From positions 48,918,001-48,982,000 of the forward strand of contig CM060732.1 of assembly GCA_030704615.1 (NCBI GenBank): a stretch of DNA of 64,000 nucleotides, read 5' to 3'. Shown here piece by piece: positions 62,126-64,000 of the stretch. Numbering within the stretch: position 1 is the first letter of the stretch; every line of letters begins with the position of its first letter. Source of the stretch: Takakia lepidozioides. Lineage: Eukaryota; Plantae; Bryophyta. Position numbers and translations under genes: made by a program. Under the pieces are notes generated by a model. The model ran no database searches and had not been told where the DNA came from. It worked only from the letters and a program-made list of their open reading frames with translations.

Positions 62126-63641
62126 AGATAGGGGGCTGCGGAGTAAATATCATGATAGACCAATTAAGAAAGAAGCTTGGTCTAAGTAACATGAAACCAG
62201 CCCCATTTATAGTAACAATGGCAGATCAAAGGAGTGTACAGCCATTGGGATTAATAAGAGGAGTTAAGATACAGATATAGAAGATGATTTTTATGATCAC
62301 AGTAACTGTGTTGAAGATGGATGAAGTCATGGAGGCTTACTCCTTATTATTGGGACGTCCGTGGCTGAAACAGGCCAGGGTATTCCATGACTGGAATCCT
62401 CAGTTACTAATCGTGTATAATGGGATGCACGAGATACAAATTACCACAAAGAAATCTAGTAGATTACCTGCTACGAGAAGACCTCGAGGGGTCAGAGAGT
62501 ATGACTGGAGAGGAGGATTGGATGAGGAGCAGGAAGCTACCCTGTTTGCTGCACACCCAGAGTGGGAGCAGGTTGCAGAGATGCGGCTAGAAAGCCTAAG
62601 TTGTTTAAGAGGTATCTGCTGTGGTGTAGTGTCAGCAACACCAATTGAAGAGGAAGCCAGCAGTTACCCATCACATTTCTATGAAGAAAGAGAAGGAGAA
62701 ATGGAAATTCTAGAGGAACCAGCCACTGTGAGTTTACAAGATGAAGTGGTGACTGGTTGGACAATCACAGCTGATGAGCAGGTGAGGGAAGTGAATGTGG
62801 GAACTAAAGAGGAACCGAGGATGGTGAAGGTAGGAACTGATTTGGAGCCAAAATTCTTTGAAGAAGCTAAGAGCGCATTTACCACTGACTGCCATCCTCC
62901 CTGACATCTTTATCCTCTTTCGTGATGCAGTAGGGAGGTATCAAATACAGAGATGTATTTGCTTAGAGCTATGAGGATCTAAAAGGGATACCACCTGAAA
63001 TCTGTCAGCATAAGATTGAACTGGAACTAGGGTCAGTACCAATCAAGCAGACAAGGTACAGAATGAATCCCAACTACGCACAGAAGGTTGGAGAAGAGAT
63101 CAAGAAGTTGGCTGAGGCTAAGTTTATATACCCAATAGAGTATACAACTTGGTTGTCACCCATTGTGATAGTTCCCAAGAAGAATGGTAAACTAAGAGTT
63201 TGTGTGAACTACAAGAAGCTGAATGCTTGTACGAAGAAAGATCCTTTCCCTTTGCCATTCACAGAAGCAGTATTAGACACTGTGGTAGGCCATGAGATGT
63301 ACTCATTCATGGATGGCTTCAGTGGTTATAATCAAGTGCAAGTGGCAGAAGAAGACCAAGGAAAGACAGCTTTCATCACAGACTGGGGTGCTTATGCATA
63401 CAAAGTCATGCCCTTTGGACTTTGTAATGCACCAACAACCTTTCAGAGAGTGATAAGTGAATCTTTTCATGAGTATCTGGATGATTTCATGCAGGTGTTC
63501 TTGGATGATTTCAGTGTGTACAGCTCTAAGAATGAGCACTTGCATAAATTGGAGTTATGTCTGGCCAGATGCAGGATGAGAGGTCTGGGCCTGAATCCAG
63601 AGAAATTTACTTTCTGTGTGAACTCAGGCGTGCTTCTGGGA
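62126..63641 (+). pseudogene. Gypsy-B protease-RT
   Basis: LLLGRPWL; PKKNGKLRVCVNYKKLN; MPFGLCNAP; VFLDDF. Confidence 0.9.
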
Positions 63642-64000
63642 GGGGGCTGCTATTTCATGAGCGGAAAAAAAAAAAGCATGAGCAGACCATTGTGAGTCCA
63701 CGGAAATAGGGTTAGGAGGCACGGAAATAGGGTCATGTGAAGTTGGAATGTGACCAGTGGACTTGAAATGCAACATTTTATTGCAAATTTTGTGGCAAGC
63801 CACGTCTATACAAGTGTGTTCTAACTGTCATAGCCGGAATGGGCACTACTCTCCTACACCCTCCGAGGAACTTGCCCCACCTTCTTCCTCATCCCCCCCA
63901 TCCCCCTCATCCTCCGAGCTCTGTGATGCATCAGTTCCACTATGCCTCTCAAAAATCCCGTCCTCTCCTTGGGGGACTGTCCACCTCACCTCCTGGGAAT
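63642..64000 (+). mobile_element. C2 copy 3, left end (runs off the window)
   Basis: GGGGGCTGCTATTTCATGAGCGG..., near-identical to 30232-30610 and 56117-56490; interrupts RT at VLLG. Confidence 0.92.

Larger units (their letters stand above)
51917..63641 (+). mobile_element. Gypsy-B element (+), 5' LTR to RT, inserted in the previous Gypsy-B and itself interrupted twice by C2
   Basis: LTR 51917-52919, PBS, upstream ORF, gag, protease split at 56116/62126, RT (FMDGFSGYNQ, FLDD). Confidence 0.92.

Overview
Repeat-saturated eukaryotic DNA, most likely a non-seed land plant (inferred from a PLS-class PPR pseudogene and a chromodomain Ty3/Gypsy element). Almost the whole window is nested transposable elements: two chromovirus copies, three copies of a non-chromovirus Ty3/Gypsy family ('Gypsy-B') with extra ORFs on both sides of gag-pol, one split LINE, and a 500-N gap. 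The notable feature is five copies, in two diverged subfamilies (C1, C2), of a large TIR DNA transposon. The full-length copy (30232-44045, ~13.8 kb) has GG...CC termini with CATGAG-rich imperfect TIRs and an apparent 5-bp TSD. It encodes an intron-containing Mutator-like DDE transposase (GCM-like zinc domain, D..D..CxxH..E, SWIM) and a divergently oriented cargo gene with a ParB/Srx-like DGNH(R) domain and a beta-class amino-DNA-methyltransferase-like domain. Between the two genes lies a kb-scale inverted array of GGCGCC-centred palindromes whose arms differ between subfamilies. All domain calls are by-eye motif recognition, not database searches, and most ORFs are broken by stops or frameshifts, some of which may be assembly error.
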